DNA of 63,315 nucleotides, taken from the NCBI GenBank assembly GCA_032718475.1, contig JAUCBJ010006542.1:1-63315 (forward strand), given 5' to 3'. Below are positions 30,057 through 45,000 of the stretch, piece by piece. Origin of the DNA: Nemertoderma westbladi (lineage: Eukaryota > Animalia > Xenacoelomorpha). Each line of letters begins with the position of its first letter. Position 1 is the first letter of the stretch. A program made the translations under genes and the position numbers. Under the pieces are notes generated by a model. That model had not been told where the DNA came from. It ran no database searches and saw only the letters and a list, made by a program, of their open reading frames with translations.

Positions 30057-33000
30057 TCTGTGTGTGAGGAGTCCAGCAACAAATTGTTGCAACTTGTTTC
30101 CGAAACTTGTTTCTGTGTGTGAGGAGTCCAGCAACAAATTGTTGCAACTTGTTTCCGAAACTTGTTTCTGTGTGTGAGGAGTCCAGCAACAAATTGTTGC
30201 AACTTGTTTCCGAAACTTGTTTCTGTGTGTGAGGAGTCCAGCAACAAATTGTTGCAACTTGTTTCCGAAACTATGTTTCTGTGTGTGAGGAGTCCAGCAA
30301 CAAGTTGTTGCAACTTGTTTCCGAACTTGTTTCTGTGTGTGAGGAGTCCAGCAACAAATTGTTGCAACTTGTTTCCGAAACTTGTTTCTGTGTGTGAGGA
30401 GTCCAGCAACAAATTGTTGCAACTTGTTTCCGAAACTTGTTTCTGTGTGTGAGGAGTCCAGCAACAAGTTGTTGCAACTTGTTTCCGAAACTTGTTTCTG
30501 TGTGTGAGGAGTCCAGCAACAAATTGTTGCAACTTGTTTCCGAAACTTGTTTCTGTGTGTGAGGAGTCCAGCAACAAGTTGTTGCAACTTGTTTCCGAAA
30601 CTTGTTTCTGTGTGTGAGGAGTCCAGCAACAAGTTGTTGCAACTTGTTTCCGAAACATGTTTCTGTGTGTGAGGAGTCCAGCAACAAGTTGTTGCAACTT
30701 GTTTCCGAAACTTGTTTCTGTGTGTGAGGAGTCCAGCAACAAATTGTTGCAACTTGTTTCCGAAACTTGTTTCTGTGTGTGAGGAGTCCAGCAACAAGTT
30801 GTTGCAACTTGTTTCCGAAACTTGTTTCTGTGTGTGAGGAGTCCAGCAACAAATTGTTGCAACTTGTTTCCGAACTTGTTCGTGTGTGAGGAGTCCAGCA
30901 ACAAATTGTTGCAACTTGTTTCCGTAACTTGTTTCTGTGTGTGAGGAGTCCAGCAACAAGTTGTTGCAACTTGTTTCCGAAACATGTTTCTGTGTGTGAG
31001 GAGTCCAGCAACAAATTGTTGCAACTTGTTTCCGAAACTTGTTTCTGTGTGTGAGGAGTCCAGCAACAAGTTGTTGCAACTTGATTCCGAAACTTGTTTC
31101 TGTGTGTGAGGAGTCCAGCAACAAGTTGTTGCAACTTGATTCCTAAACTTGTTTCTGTGTGTGAGGAGTCCAGCAACAAGTTGTTGCAACTTGTTTCCGA
31201 AACTTGTTTCTGTGTGTGAGGAGTCCAGCAACAAGTTGTTGCAACTTGTTTCCGAAACTTGTTTCTGTGTGTGAGGACTCCAGCAACAAGTTGTTGCAAC
31301 TTGTTTCCGAAACTTGTTTCTGTGTGTGAGGAGTCCAGCAACAAGTTGTTGCAACTTGTTTCCGAAACTTGTTTCTGTGTGTGAGGACTCCAGCAACAAG
31401 TTGTTGCAACTTGTTTCCGAAACATGTTTCTGTGTGTGAGGAGTCCAGCAACAAGTTGTTGCAACTTGTTTCCGAAACTTGTTTCTGTGTGTGAGGAGTC
31501 CAGCAACAAGTTGTTGCAACTTGTTTCCGAAACTTGTTTCTGTGTGTGAGGAGTCCAGCAACAAGTTGTTGCAACTTGTTTCCGAAACTTGTTTCTGTGT
31601 GTGAGGAGTCCAGCAACAAGTTGTTGCAACTTGTTTCCGAAACTTGTTTCTGTGTGTGAGGACTCCAGCAACAAGTTGTTGCAACTTGTTTCCGAAACAT
31701 GTTTCTGTGTGTGAGGAGTCCAGCAACAAGTTGTTGCAACTTGATTCCGAAACTTGTTTCTGTGTGTGAGGAGTCCAGCAACAAGTTGTTGCAACTTGTT
31801 TCCGAAACTTGTTTCTGTGTGTGAGGACTCCAGCAACAAGTTGTTGCAACTTGTTTCCGAAACATGTTTCTGTGTGTGAGGAGTCCAGCAACAAATTGTT
31901 GCAACTTGTTTCCGAAACTTGTTTCTGTGTGTGAGGAGTCCAGCAACAAGTTGTTGCAACTTGTTTCCGAAACTTGTTTCTGTGTGTGAGGAGTCCAGCA
32001 ACAAGTTGTTGCAACTTGTTTCCGAAACTTGTTTCTGTGTGTGAGGACTCCAGCAACAAATTGTTGCAACTTGTTTCCGAAACTTGTTTCTGTGTGTGAG
32101 GAGTCCAGCAACAAGTTGTTGCAACTTGTTTCCGAAACTTGTTTCTGTGTGTGAGGACTCCAGCAACAAGTTGTTGCAACTTGTTTCCGAAACATGTTTC
32201 TGTGTGTGAGGAGTCCAGCAACAAGTTGTTGCAACTTGATTCCGAAACTTGTTTCTGTGTGTGAGGAGTCCAGCAACAAGTTGTTGCAACTTGTTTCCGA
32301 AACTTGTTTCTGTGTGTGAGGACTCCAGCAACAAGTTGTTGCAACTTGTTTCCGAAACATGTTTCTGTGTGTGAGGAGTCCAGCAACAAATTGTTGCAAC
32401 TTGTTTCCGAAACTTGTTTCTGTGTGTGAGGAGTCCAGCAACAAGTTGTTGCAACTTGTTTCCGAAACTTGTTTCTGTGTGTGAGGAGTCCAGCAACAAG
32501 TTGTTGCAACTTGTTTCCGAAACTTGTTTCTGTGTGTGAGGACTCCAGCAACAAATTGTTGCAACTTGTTTCCGAAACTCGTTTCTGTGTGTGAGGAGTC
32601 CAGCAACAAATTGTTGCAACTTGTTTCCGAAACTTGTTTCTGTGTGTGAGGAGTCCAGCAACAAATTGTTGCAACTTGTTTCCGAAACTTGTTTCTGTGT
32701 GTGAGGAGTCCAGCAACAAGTTGTTGCAACTTGTTTCTGTGTGTGAGGAGTCCAGCAACAAGTTGTTGCAACTTGTTTCCGAAACTTGTTTCTGTGTGTG
32801 AGGAGTCCAGCAACAAGTTGTTGCAACTTGTTTCTGTGTGTGAGGAGTCCAGCAACAAATTGTTGCAACTTGTTTCCGAAACTTGTTTCTGTGTGTGAGG
32901 AGTCCAGCAACAAGTTGTTGCAACTTGTTTCCGAAACTTGTTTCTGTGTGTGAGGAGTCCAGCAACAAGTTGTTGCAACTTGTTTCCGAAACTTGTTTCT

Positions 33001-36000
33001 GTGTGTGAGGAGTCCAGCAACAAGTTGTTGCAACTTGTTTCTGTGTGTGAGGAGTCCAGCAACAAGTTGTTGCAACTTGTTTCCGAAACTTGTTTCTGTG
33101 TGTGAGGAGTCCAGCAACAAGTTGTTGCAACTTGTTTCTGTGTGTGAGGAGTCCAGCAACAAATTGTTGCAACTTGTTTCCGAAACTTGTTTCTGTGTGT
33201 GAGGAGTCCAGCAACAAATTGTTGCAACTTGTTTCCGAAACTTGTTTCTGTGTGTGAGGAGTCCAGCAACAAATTGTTGCAACTTGTTTCCGAAACTTGT
33301 TTCTGTGTGTGAGGAGTCCAGCAACAAGTTGTTGCAACTTGTTTCCGAAACTTGTTTCTGTGTGTGAGGACTCCAGCAACAAGTTGTTGCAACTTGTTTC
33401 CGAAACATGTTTCTGTGTGTGAGGAGTCCAGCAACAAATTGTTGCAACTTGTTTCCGAAACTTGTTTCTGTGTGTGAGGAGTCCAGCAACAAGTTGTTGC
33501 AACTTGTTTCCGAAACTTGTTTCTGTGTGTGAGGAGTCCAGCAACAAGTTGTTGCAACTTGTTTCCGAAACTTGTTTCTGTGTGTGAGGAGTCCAGCAAC
33601 AAATTGTTGCAACTTGTTTCCGAAACTCGTTTCTGTGTGTGAGGAGTCCAGCAACAAATTGTTGCAACTTGTTTCCGAAACTTGTTTCTGTGTGTGAGGA
33701 GTCCAGCAACAAGTTGTTGCAACTTGTTTCCGAAACTTGTTTCTGTGTGTGAGGAGTCCAGCAACAAGTTGTTGCAACTTGTTTCTGTGTGTGAGGAGTC
33801 CAGCAACAAATTGTTGCAACTTGTTTCCGAAACTTGTTTCTGTGTGTGAGGAGTCCAGCAACAAGTTGTTGCAACTTGTTTCTGTGTGTGAGGAGTCCAG
33901 CAACAAATTGTTGCAACTTGTTTCCGAAACTTGTTTCTGTGTGTGAGGAGTCCAGCAACAAATTGTTGCAACTTGTTTCCGAAACTTGTTTCTGTGTGTG
34001 AGGAGTCCAGCAACAAATTGTTGCAACTTGTTTCCGAAACTTGTTTCTGTGTGTGAGGAGTCCAGCAACAAGTTGTTGCAACTTGTTTCTGTGTGTGAGG
34101 AGTCCAGCAACAAATTGTTGCAACTTGTTTCCGAAACTTGTTTCTGTGTGTGAGGAGTCCAGCAACAAGTTGTTGCAACTTGTTTCTGTGTGTGAGGAGT
34201 CCAGCAACAAATTGTTGCAACTTGTTTCCGAAACTTGTTTCTGTGTGTGAGGAGTCCAGCAACAAGTTGTTGCAACTTGTTTCCGAAACTTGTTTCTGTG
34301 CGTGAGGAGTCCAGCAACAAATTGTTGCAACTTGTTTCCGAAACTTGTTTCTGTGTGTGAGGAGTCCAGCAACAAATTGTTGCAACTTGTTTCCGAAACT
34401 TGTTTCTGTGTGTGAGGAGTCCAGCAACAAATTGTTGCAACTTGTTTCCGAAACTTGTTTCTGTGTGTGAGGAGTCCAGCAACAAGTTGTTGCAACTTGT
34501 TTCCGAAACTTGTTTCTGTGTGTGAGGAGTCCAGCAACAAATTGTTGCAACTTGTTTCCGAAACTTGTTTCTGTGTGTGAGGAGTCCAGCAACAAATTGT
34601 TGCAACTTGTTTCCGAAACTTGTTTCTGTGTGTGAGGAGTCCAGCAACAAATTGTTGCAACTTGTTTCCGAAACTTGTTTCTGTGTGTGAGGAGTCCAGC
34701 AACAAATTGTTGCAACTTGTTTCCGAAACTTGTTTCTGTGTGTGAGGAGTCCAGCAACAAGTTGTTGCAACTTGTTTCCGAAACTTGTTTCTGTGTGTGA
34801 GGAGTCCAGCAACAAATTGTTGCAACTTGTTTCCGAAACTTGTTTCTGTGTGTGAGGAGTCCAGCAACAAATTGTTGCAACTTGTTTCCGAAACTTGTTT
34901 CTGTGTGTGAGGAGTCCAGCAACAAATTGTTGCAACTTGTTTCCGAAACTTGTTTCTGTGTGTGAGGAGTCCAGCAACAAATTGTTGCAACTTGTTTCCG
35001 AAACTTGTTTCTGTGTGTGAGGAGTCCAGCAACAAATTGTTGCAACTTGTTTCCGAAACTTGTTTCTGTGTGTGAGGAGTCCAGCAACAAATTGTTGCAA
35101 CTTGTTTCCGAAACTTGTTTCTGTGTGTGAGGAGTCCAGCAACAAATTGTTGCAACTTGTTTCCGAAACTTGTTTCTGTGTGTGAGGAGTCCAGCAACAA
35201 ATTGTTGCAACTTGTTTCCGAAACTTGTTTCTGTGTGTGAGGAGTCCAGCAACAAATTGTTGCAACTTGTTTCCGAAACTTGTTTCTGTGTGTGAGGATT
35301 CCAGCAACAAGTTGTTGCAACTTGTTTCCAAAACTTGTTTCTGTGTGTGAGGAGTCCAGCAACAAATTGTTGCAACTTGTTTCCGAAACTTGTTTCTGTG
35401 TGTGAGGAGTCCAGCAACAAATTGTTGCAACTTGTTTCCGAAACTTGTTTCTGTGTGTGAGGAGTCCAGCAACAAATTGTTGCAACTTGTTTCCGAAACT
35501 TGTTTCTGTGTGTGAGGAGTCCAGCAACAAATTGTTGCAACTTGTTTCTGTGTGTGAGGATTCCAGCAACAAGTTGTTGCACCTTGTTTCCAAAACTTGT
35601 TTCTGTGTGTGAGGAGTCCAGCAACAAATTGTTGCAACTTGTTTCCGAAACTTGTTTCTGTGTGTGAGGAGTCCAGCAACAAATTGTTGCAACTTGTTTC
35701 CGAAACTTGTTTCTGTGTGTGAGGAGTCCAGCAACAAATTGTTGCAACTTGTTTCCGAAACTTGTTTCTGTGTGTGAGGAGTCCAGCAACAAATTGTTGC
35801 AACTTGTTTCCGAAACTTGTTTCTGTGTGTGAGGAGTCCAGCAACAAATTGTTGCAACTTGTTTCCGAAACTTGTTTCTGTGTGTGAGGAGTCCAGCAAC
35901 AAGTTGTTGCAACTTGTTTCCGAAACTTGTTTCTGTGTGTGAGGAGTCCAGCAACAAATTGTTGCAACTTGTTTCCGAAACTTGTTTCTGTGTGTGAGGA

Positions 36001-39000
36001 GTCCAGCAACAAATTGTTGCAACTTGTTTCCGAAACTTGTTTCTGTGTGTGAGGAGTCCAGCAACAAATTGTTGCAACTTGTTTCCGAAACTTGTTTCTG
36101 TGTGTGAGGAGTCCAGCAACAAATTGTTGCAACTTGTTTCCGAAACTTGTTTCTGTGTGTGAGGAGTCCAGCAACAAATTGTTGCAACTTGTTTCCGAAA
36201 CTTGTTTCTGTGTGTGAGGAGTCCAGCAACAAATTGTTGCAACTTGTTTCCGAAACTTGTTTCTGTGTGTGAGGAGTCCAGCAACAAATTGTTGCAACTT
36301 GTTTCCGAAACTTGTTTCTGTGTGTGAGGAGTCCAGCAACAAATTGTTGCAACTTGTTTCCGAAACTTGTTTCTGTGTGTGAGGAGTCCAGCAACAAATT
36401 GTTGCAACTTGTTTCCGAAACTTGTTTCTGTGTGTGAGGAGTCCAGCAACAAATTGTTGCAACTTGTTTCCGAAACTTGTTTCTGTGTGTGAGGAGTCCA
36501 GCAACAAATTGTTGCAACTTGTTTCCGAAACTTGTTTCTGTGTGTGAGGAGTCCAGCAACAAATTGTTGCAACTTGTTTCCGAAACTTGTTTCTGTGTGT
36601 GAGGAGTCCAGCAACAAATTGTTGCAACTTGTTTCCGAAACTTGTTTCTGTGTGTGAGGAGTCCAGCAACAAATTGTTGCAACTTGTTTCCGAAACTTGT
36701 TTCTGTGTGTGAGGAGTCCAGCAACAAATTGTTGCAACTTGTTTCCGAAACTTGTTTCTGTGTGTGAGGAGTCCAGCAACAAATTGTTGCAACTTGTTTC
36801 CGAAACTTGTTTCTGTGTGTGAGGAGTCCAGCAACAAATTGTTGCAACTTGTTTCTGTGTGTGAGGAGTCCAGCAACAAGTTGTTGCAACTTGTTTCTGT
36901 GCGTGAGGAGTCCAGCAACAAGTTGTTGCAACTTGTTTCCGAAACTTGTTTCTGTGTGTGAGGAGTCCAGCAACAAATTGTTGCAACTTGTTTCCGAAAC
37001 TTGTTTCTGTGTGTGAGGAGTCCAGCAACAAATTGTTGCAACTTGTTTCCGAAACTTGTTTCTGTGTGTGAGGAGTCCAGCAACAAATTGTTGCAACTTG
37101 TTTCCGAAACTTGTTTCTGTGTGTGAGGAGTCCAGCAACAAATTGTTGCAACTTGTTTCCGAAACTTGTTTCTGTGTGTGAGGAGTCCAGCAACAAATTG
37201 TTGCAACTTGTTTCCGAAACTTGTTTCTGTGTGTGAGGAGTCCAGCAACAAATTGTTGCAACTTGTTTCCGAAACTTGTTTCTGTGTGTGAGGAGTCCAG
37301 CAACAAATTGTTGCAACTTGTTTCCGAAACTTGTTTCTGTGTGTGAGGAGTCCAGCAACAAATTGTTGCAACTTGTTTCCGAAACTTGTTTCTGTGTGTG
37401 AGGAGTCCAGCAACAAATTGTTGCAACTTGTTTCCGAAACTTGTTTCTGTGTGTGAGGAGTCCAGCAACAAATTGTTGCAACTTGTTTCCGAAACTTGTT
37501 TCTGTGTGTGAGGAGTCCAGCAACAAATTGTTGCAACTTGTTTCCGAAACTTGTTTCTGTGTGTGAGGAGTCCAGCAACAAATTGTTGCAACTTGTTTCC
37601 GAAACTTGTTTCTGTGTGTGAGGAGTCCAGCAACAAATTGTTGCAACTTGTTTCCGAAACTTGTTTCTGTGTGTGAGGAGTCCAGCAACAAATTGTTGCA
37701 ACTTGTTTCCGAAACTTGTTTCTGTGTGTGAGGAGTCCAGCAACAAATTGTTGCAACTTGTTTCCAAAACTTGTTTCTGTGTGTGAGGAGTCCAGCAACA
37801 AATTGTTGCAACTTGTTTCCGAAACTTGTTTCTGTGTGTGAGGAGTCCAGCAACAAATTGTTGCAACTTGTTTCCGAAACTTGTTTCTGTGTGTGAGGAG
37901 TCCAGCAACAAATTGTTGCAACTTGTTTCCAAAACTTGTTTCTGTGTGTGAGGAGTCCAGCAACAAATTGTTGCAACTTGTTTCCGAAACTTGTTTCTGT
38001 GTGTGAGGAGTCCAGCAACAAATTGTTGCAACTTGTTTCCGAAACTTGTTTCTGTGTGTGAGGAGTACAGCAACAAATTGTTGCAACTTGTTTCCAAAAC
38101 TTGTTTCTGTGTGTGAGGAGTACAGCAACAAATTGTTGCAACTTGTTTCCGAAACTTGTTTCTGTGTGTGAGGAGTCCAGCAACAAATTGTTGCAACTTG
38201 TTTCCAAAACTTGTTTCTGTGTGTGAGGAGTACAGCAACAAATTGTTGCAACTTGTTTCCGAAACTTGTTTCTGTGTGTGAGGAGTCCAGCAACAAATTG
38301 TTGCAACTTGTTTCCGAAACTTGTTTCTGTGTGTGAGGAGTCCAGCAACAAATTGTTGCAACTTGTTTCCAAAACTTGTTTCTGTGTGTGAGGAGTACAG
38401 CAACAAATTGTTGCAACTTGTTTCCGAAACTTGTTTCTGTGTGTGAGGAGTACAGCAACAAATTGTTGCAACTTGTTTCCGAAACTTGTTTCTGTGTGTG
38501 AGGAGTACAGCAACAAATTGTTGCAACTTGTTTCCGAAACTTGTTTCTGTGTGTGAGGAGTACAGCAACAAATTGTTGCAACTTGTTTCCGAAACTTGTT
38601 TCTGTGTGTGAGGAGTACAGCAACAAATTGTTGCAACTTGTTTCCGAAACTTGTTTCTGTGTGTGAGGAGTCCAGCAACAAGTTGTTGCATCTTGTTTCC
38701 GAAACTTGTTTCTGTGTGTGAGGAGTACAGCAACAAATTGTTGCAACTTGTTTCCGAAACTTGTTTCTGTGTGTGAGGAGTCCAGCAACAAATTGTTGCA
38801 ACTTGTTTCCGAAACTTGTTTCTGTGCGTGAGGAGTCCAGCAACAAATTGTTGCAACTTGTTTCCGAAACTTGTTTCTGTGTGTGAGGAGTCCAGCAACA
38901 AGTTGTTGCATCTTGTTTCCGAAACTTGTTTCTGTGTGTGAGGAGTACAGCAACAAATTGTTGCAACTTGTTTCCGAAACTTGTTTCTGTGTGTGAGGAG

Positions 39001-42000
39001 TACAGCAACAAGTTGTTGCAACTTGTTTCTGTGTGTGAGGAGTACAGCAACAAATTGTTGCAACTTGTTTCTGTGTGTGAGGAGTACAGCAACAAATTGT
39101 TGCAACTTGTTTCCGAAACTTGTTTCTGTGTGTGAGGAGTACAGCAACAAGTTGTTGCAACTTGTTTCTGTGTGTGAGGAGTCCAGCAACAAGTTGTTGC
39201 ATCTTGTTTCCGAAACTTGTTTCTGTGTGTGAGGAGTCCAGCAACAAGTTGTTGCATCTTGTTTCCGAAACTTGTTTCTGTGTGTGAGGAGTACAGCAAC
39301 AAATTGTTGCAACTTGTTTCCGAAACTTGTTTCTGTGTGTGAGGAGTCCAGCAACAAGTTGTTGCATCTTGTTTCCGAAACTTGTTTCTGTGTGTGAGGA
39401 GTACAGCAACAAATTGTTGCAACTTGTTTCCGAAACTTGTTTCTGTGTGTGAGGAGTACAGCAACAAGTTGTTGCAACTTGTTTCTGTGTGTGAGGAGTA
39501 CAGCAACAAATTGTTGCAACTTGTTTCTGTGTGTGAGGAGTACAGCAACAAATTGTTGCAACTTGTTTCCGAAACTTGTTTCTGTGCGTGAGGAGTCCAG
39601 CAACAAATTGTTGCAACTTGTTTCCGAAACTTGTTTCTGTGTGTGAGGAGTACAGCAACAAATTGTTGCAACTTGTTTCTGTGTGTGAGGAGTACAGCAA
39701 CAAATTGTTGCAACTTGTTTCTGTGTGTGAGGAGTACAGCAACAAATTGTTGCAACTTGTTTCCGAAACTTGTTTCTGTGTGTGAGGAGTCCAGCAACAA
39801 ATTGTTGCAACTTGTTTCCGAAACTTGTTTCTGTGCGTGAGGAGTCCAGCAACAAATTGTTGCAACTTGTTTCCGAAACTTGTTTCTGTGTGTGAGGAGT
39901 CCAGCAACAAGTTGTTGCATCTTGTTTCCGAAACTTGTTTCTGTGTGTGAGGAGTACAGCAACAAATTGTTGCAACTTGTTTCCGAAACTTGTTTCTGTG
40001 TGTGAGGAGTACAGCAACAAATTGTTGCAACTTGTTTCCGAAACTTGTTTCTGTGTGTGAGGAGTCCAGCAACAAATTGTTGCAACTTGTTTCCGAAACT
40101 TGTTTCTGTGTGTGAGGAGTCCAGCAACAAATTGTTGCAACTTGTTTCCGAAACTTGTTTCTGTGCGTGAGGAGTCCAGCAACAAATTGTTGCAACTTGT
40201 TTCCGAAACTTGTTTCTGTGTGTGAGGAGTCCAGCAACAAATTGTTGCAACTTGTTTCCGAAACTTGTTTCTGTGTGTGAGGAGTACAGCAACAAGTTGT
40301 TGCAACTTGTTTCCGAAACTTGTTTCTGTGTGTGAGGAGTACAGCAACAAGTTGTTGCAACTTGTTTCCGAAACTTGTTTCTGTGTGTGAGGAGTACAGC
40401 AACAAATTGTTGCAACTTGTTTCCGAAACTTGTTTCTGTGTGTGAGGAGTCCAGCAACAAGTTGTTGCAACTTGTTTCTGTGTGTGAGGAGTACAGCAAC
40501 AAATTGTTGCAACTTGTTTCCGAAACTTGTTTCTGTGTGTGAGGAGTCCAGCAACAAATTGTTGCAACTTGTTTCCGAAACTTGTTTCTGTGTGTGAGGA
40601 GTACAGCAACAAGTTGTTGCAACTTGTTTCCGAAACTTGTTTCTGTGTGTGAGGAGTCCAGCAACAAGTTGTTGCATCTTGTTTCCGAAACTTGTTTCTG
40701 TGTGTGAGGAGTACAGCAACAAATTGTTGCAACTTGTTTCCGAAACTTGTTTCTGTGTGTGAGGAGTCCAGCAACAAGTTGTTGCAACTTGTTTCCGAAA
40801 CTTGTTTCTGTGTGTGAGGAGTCCAGCAACAAATTGTTGCAACTTGTTTCCGAAACTTGTTTCTGTGTGTGAGGAGTCCAGCAACAAGTTGTTGCAACTT
40901 GTTTCTGTGTGTGAGGAGTACAGCAACAAATTGTTGCAACTTGTTTCCGAAACTTGTTTCTGTGTGTGAGGAGTCCAGCAACAAATTGTTGCAACTTGTT
41001 TCCGAAACTTGTTTCTGTGTGTGAGGAGTACAGCAACAAGTTGTTGCAACTTGTTTCCGAAACTTGTTTCTGTGTGTGAGGAGTCCAGCAACAAATTGTT
41101 GCAACTTGTTTCCGAAACTTGTTTCTGTGTGTGAGGAGTCCAGCAACAAGTTGTTGCAACTTGTTTCTGTGTGTGAGGAGTACAGCAACAAATTGTTGCA
41201 ACTTGTTTCCGAAACTTGTTTCTGTGTGTGAGGAGTCCAGCAACAAATTGTTGCAACTTGTTTCCGAAACTTGTTTCTGTGTGTGAGGAGTACAGCAACA
41301 AGTTGTTGCAACTTGTTTCCGAAACTTGTTTCTGTGTGTGAGGAGTACAGCAACAAGTTGTTGCAACTTGTTTCCGAAACTTGTTTCTGTGTGTGAGGAG
41401 TACAGCAACAAATTGTTGCAACTTGTTTCCGAAACTTGTTTCTGTGTGTGAGGAGTCCAGCAACAAGTTGTTGCAACTTGTTTCTGTGTGTGAGGAGTAC
41501 AGCAACAAATTGTTGCAACTTGTTTCCGAAACTTGTTTCTGTGTGTGAGGAGTCCAGCAACAAATTGTTGCAACTTGTTTCCGAAACTTGTTTCTGTGTG
41601 TGAGGAGTACAGCAACAAGTTGTTGCAACTTGTTTCCGAAACTTGTTTCTGTGTGTGAGGAGTCCAGCAACAAGTTGTTGCATCTTGTTTCCGAAACTTG
41701 TTTCTGTGTGTGAGGAGTACAGCAACAAATTGTTGCAACTTGTTTCCGAAACTTGTTTCTGTGTGTGAGGAGTACAGCAACAAGTTGTTGCAACTTGTTT
41801 CTGTGTGTGAGGAGTACAGCAACAAATTGTTGCAACTTGTTTCTGTGTGTGAGGAGTCCAGCAACAAGTTGTTGCAACTTGTTTCCGAAACTTGTTTCTG
41901 TGTGTGAGGAGTACAGCAACAAATTGTTGCAACTTGTTTCCGAAACTTGTTTCTGTGTGTGAGGAGTACAGCAACAAATTGTTGCAACTTGTTTCCGAAA

Positions 42001-45000
42001 CTTGTTTCTGTGTGTGAGGAGTACAGCAACAAATTGTTGCAACTTGTTTCCGAAACTTGTTTCTGTGTGTGAGGAGTACAGCAACAAATTGTTGCAACTT
42101 GTTTCCGAAACTTGTTTCTGTGTGTGAGGAGTCCAGCAACAAATTGTTGCAACTTGTTTCCGAAACTTGTTTCTGTGTGTGAGGAGTACAGCAACAAGTT
42201 GTTGCAACTTGTTTCCGAAACTTGTTTCTGTGTGTGAGGAGTCCAGCAACAAGTTGTTGCAACTTGTTTCCGAAACTTGTTTCTGTGTGTGAGGAGTACA
42301 GCAACAAATTGTTGCAACTTGTTTCCGAAACTTGTTTCTGTGTGTGAGGAGTACAGCAACAAATTGTTGCAACTTGTTTCCGAAACTTGTTTCTGTGTGT
42401 GAGGAGTACAGCAACAAGTTGTTGCAACTTGTTTCTGTGTGTGAGGAGTACAGCAACAAATTGTTGCAACTTGTTTCTGTGTGTGAGGAGTACAGCAACA
42501 AATTGTTGCAACTTGTTTCCGAAACTTGTTTCTGTGTGTGAGGAGTACAGCAACAAATTGTTGCAACTTGTTTCCGAAACTTGTTTCTGTGTGTGAGGAG
42601 TACAGCAACAAATTGTTGCAACTTGTTTCCGAAACTTGTTTCTGTGTGTGAGGAGTACAGCAACAAATTGTTGCAACTTGTTTCCGAAACTTGTTTCTGT
42701 GTGTGAGGAGTACAGCAACAAGTTGTTGCAACTTGTTTCTGTGTGTGAGGAGTACAGCAACAAATTGTTGCAACTTGTTTCTGTGTGTGAGGAGTACAGC
42801 AACAAATTGTTGCAACTTGTTTCCGAAACTTGTTTCTGTGTGTGAGGAGTACAGCAACAAATTGTTGCAACTTGTTTCCGAAACTTGTTTCTGTGTGTGA
42901 GGAGTACAGCAACAAATTGTTGCAACTTGTTTCCGAAACTTGTTTCTGTGTGTGAGGAGTACAGCAACAAATTGTTGCAACTTGTTTCCGAAACTTGTTT
43001 CTGTGTGTGAGGAGTACAGCAACAAATTGTTGCAACTTGTTTCTGTGTGTGAGGAGTACAGCAACAAGTTGTTGCAACTTGTTTCTGTGTGTGAGGAGTA
43101 CAGCAACAAATTGTTGCAACTTGTTTCTGTGTGTGAGGAGTACAGCAAGAAATTGTTGCAACTTGTTTCGGAAACTGGTTTCTGTGTGTGAGGAGTACAG
43201 CAACAAGTTGTTGCAACTTGTTTCTGTGTGTGAGGAGTACAGCAACAAATTGTTGCAACTTGTTTCCGAAACTTGTTTCTGTGTGTGAGGAGTACAGCAA
43301 CAAATTGTTGCAACTTGTTTCTGTGTGTGAGGAGTCCAGCAACAAATTGTTGCAACTTGTTTCTGTGTGTGAGGAGTACAGCAACAAATTGTTGCAACTT
43401 GTTTCCGAAACTTGTTTCTGTGTGTGAGGAGTCCAGCAACAAATTGTTGCAACTTGTTTCTGTGTGTGAGGAGTCCAGCAACAAGTTGTTGCAACTTGTT
43501 TCCGAAACTTATTTCTGTGTGTGAGGAGTACAGCAACAAGTTGTTGCAACTTGTTTCCGAAACTTGTTTCTGTGTGTGAGGAGTCCAGCAACAAGTTGTT
43601 GCATCTTGTTTCCGAAACTTGTTTCTGTGTGTGAGGAGTACAGCAACAAATTGTTGCAACTTGTTTCCGAAACTTGTTTCTGTGTGTGAGGAGTCCAGCA
43701 ACAAATTGTTGCAACTTGTTTCCGAAACTTGTTTCTGTGTGTGAGGAGTCCAGCAACAAGTTGTTGCAACTTGTTTCCGAAACTTGTTTCTGTGTGTGAG
43801 GAGTACAGCAACAAGTTGTTGCAACTTGTTTCTGTGTGTGAGGACTCCAGCAACAAGTTGTTGCAACTTGTTTCCGAAACTTGTTTCTGTGTGTGAGGAG
43901 TACAGCAACAAATTGTTGCAACTTGTTTCCGAAACTTGTTTCTGTGTGTGAAGAGTACAGCAACAAATTGTTGCAACTTGTTTCCGAAACTTGTTTCTGT
44001 GTGTGAGGAGTACAGCAACAAATTGTTGCAACTTGTTTCCGAAACTTGTTTCTGTGTGTGAGGAGTCCAGCAACAAATTGTTGCAACTTGTTTCTGTGTG
44101 TGAGGAGTCCAGCAACAAGTTGTTGCAACTTGTTTCTGTGTGTGAGGAGTACAGCAACAAATTGTTGCAACTTGTTTCCGAAACTTGTTTCTGTGTGTGA
44201 GGAGTCCAGCAACAAATTGTTGCAACTTGTTTCCGAAACTTGTTTCTGTGTGTGAGGAGTACAGCAACAAATTGTTGCAACTTGTTTCCGAAACTTGTTT
44301 CTGTGTGTGAGGAGTCCAGCAACAAATTGTTGCAACTTGTTTCCGAAACTTGTTTCTGTGTGTGAGGACTCCAGCAACAAGTTGTTGCAACTTGTTTCCG
44401 AAACTTGTTTCTGTGTGTGAGGAGTACAGCAACAAATTGTTGCAACTTGTTTCCGAAACTTGTTTCTGTGTGTGAGGAGTACAGCAACAAATTGTTGCAA
44501 CTTGTTTCCGAAACTTGTTTCTGTGTGTGAGGAGTCCAGCAACAAATTGTTGCAACTTGTTTCTGTGTGTGAGGAGTCCAGCAACAAGTTGTTGCAACTT
44601 GTTTCTGTGTGTGAGGAGTACAGCAACAAATTGTTGCAACTTGTTTCCGAAACTTGTTTCTGTGTGTGAGGAGTCCAGCAACAAATTGTTGCAACTTGTT
44701 TCCGAAACTTGTTTCTGTGTGTGAGGAGTACAGCAACAAGTTGTTGCAACTTGTTTCTGTGTGTGAGGAGTACAGCAACAAATTGTTGCAACTTGTTTCC
44801 GAAACTTGTTTCTGTGTGTGAGGAGTCCAGCAACAAATTGTTGCAACTTGTTTCCGAAACTTGTTTCTGTGTGTGAGGAGTACAGCAACAAATTGTTGCA
44901 ACTTGTTTCCGAAACTTGTTTCTGTGTGTGAGGAGTCCAGCAACAAATTGTTGCAACTTGTTTCCGAAACTTGTTTCTGTGTGTGAGGAGTACAGCAACA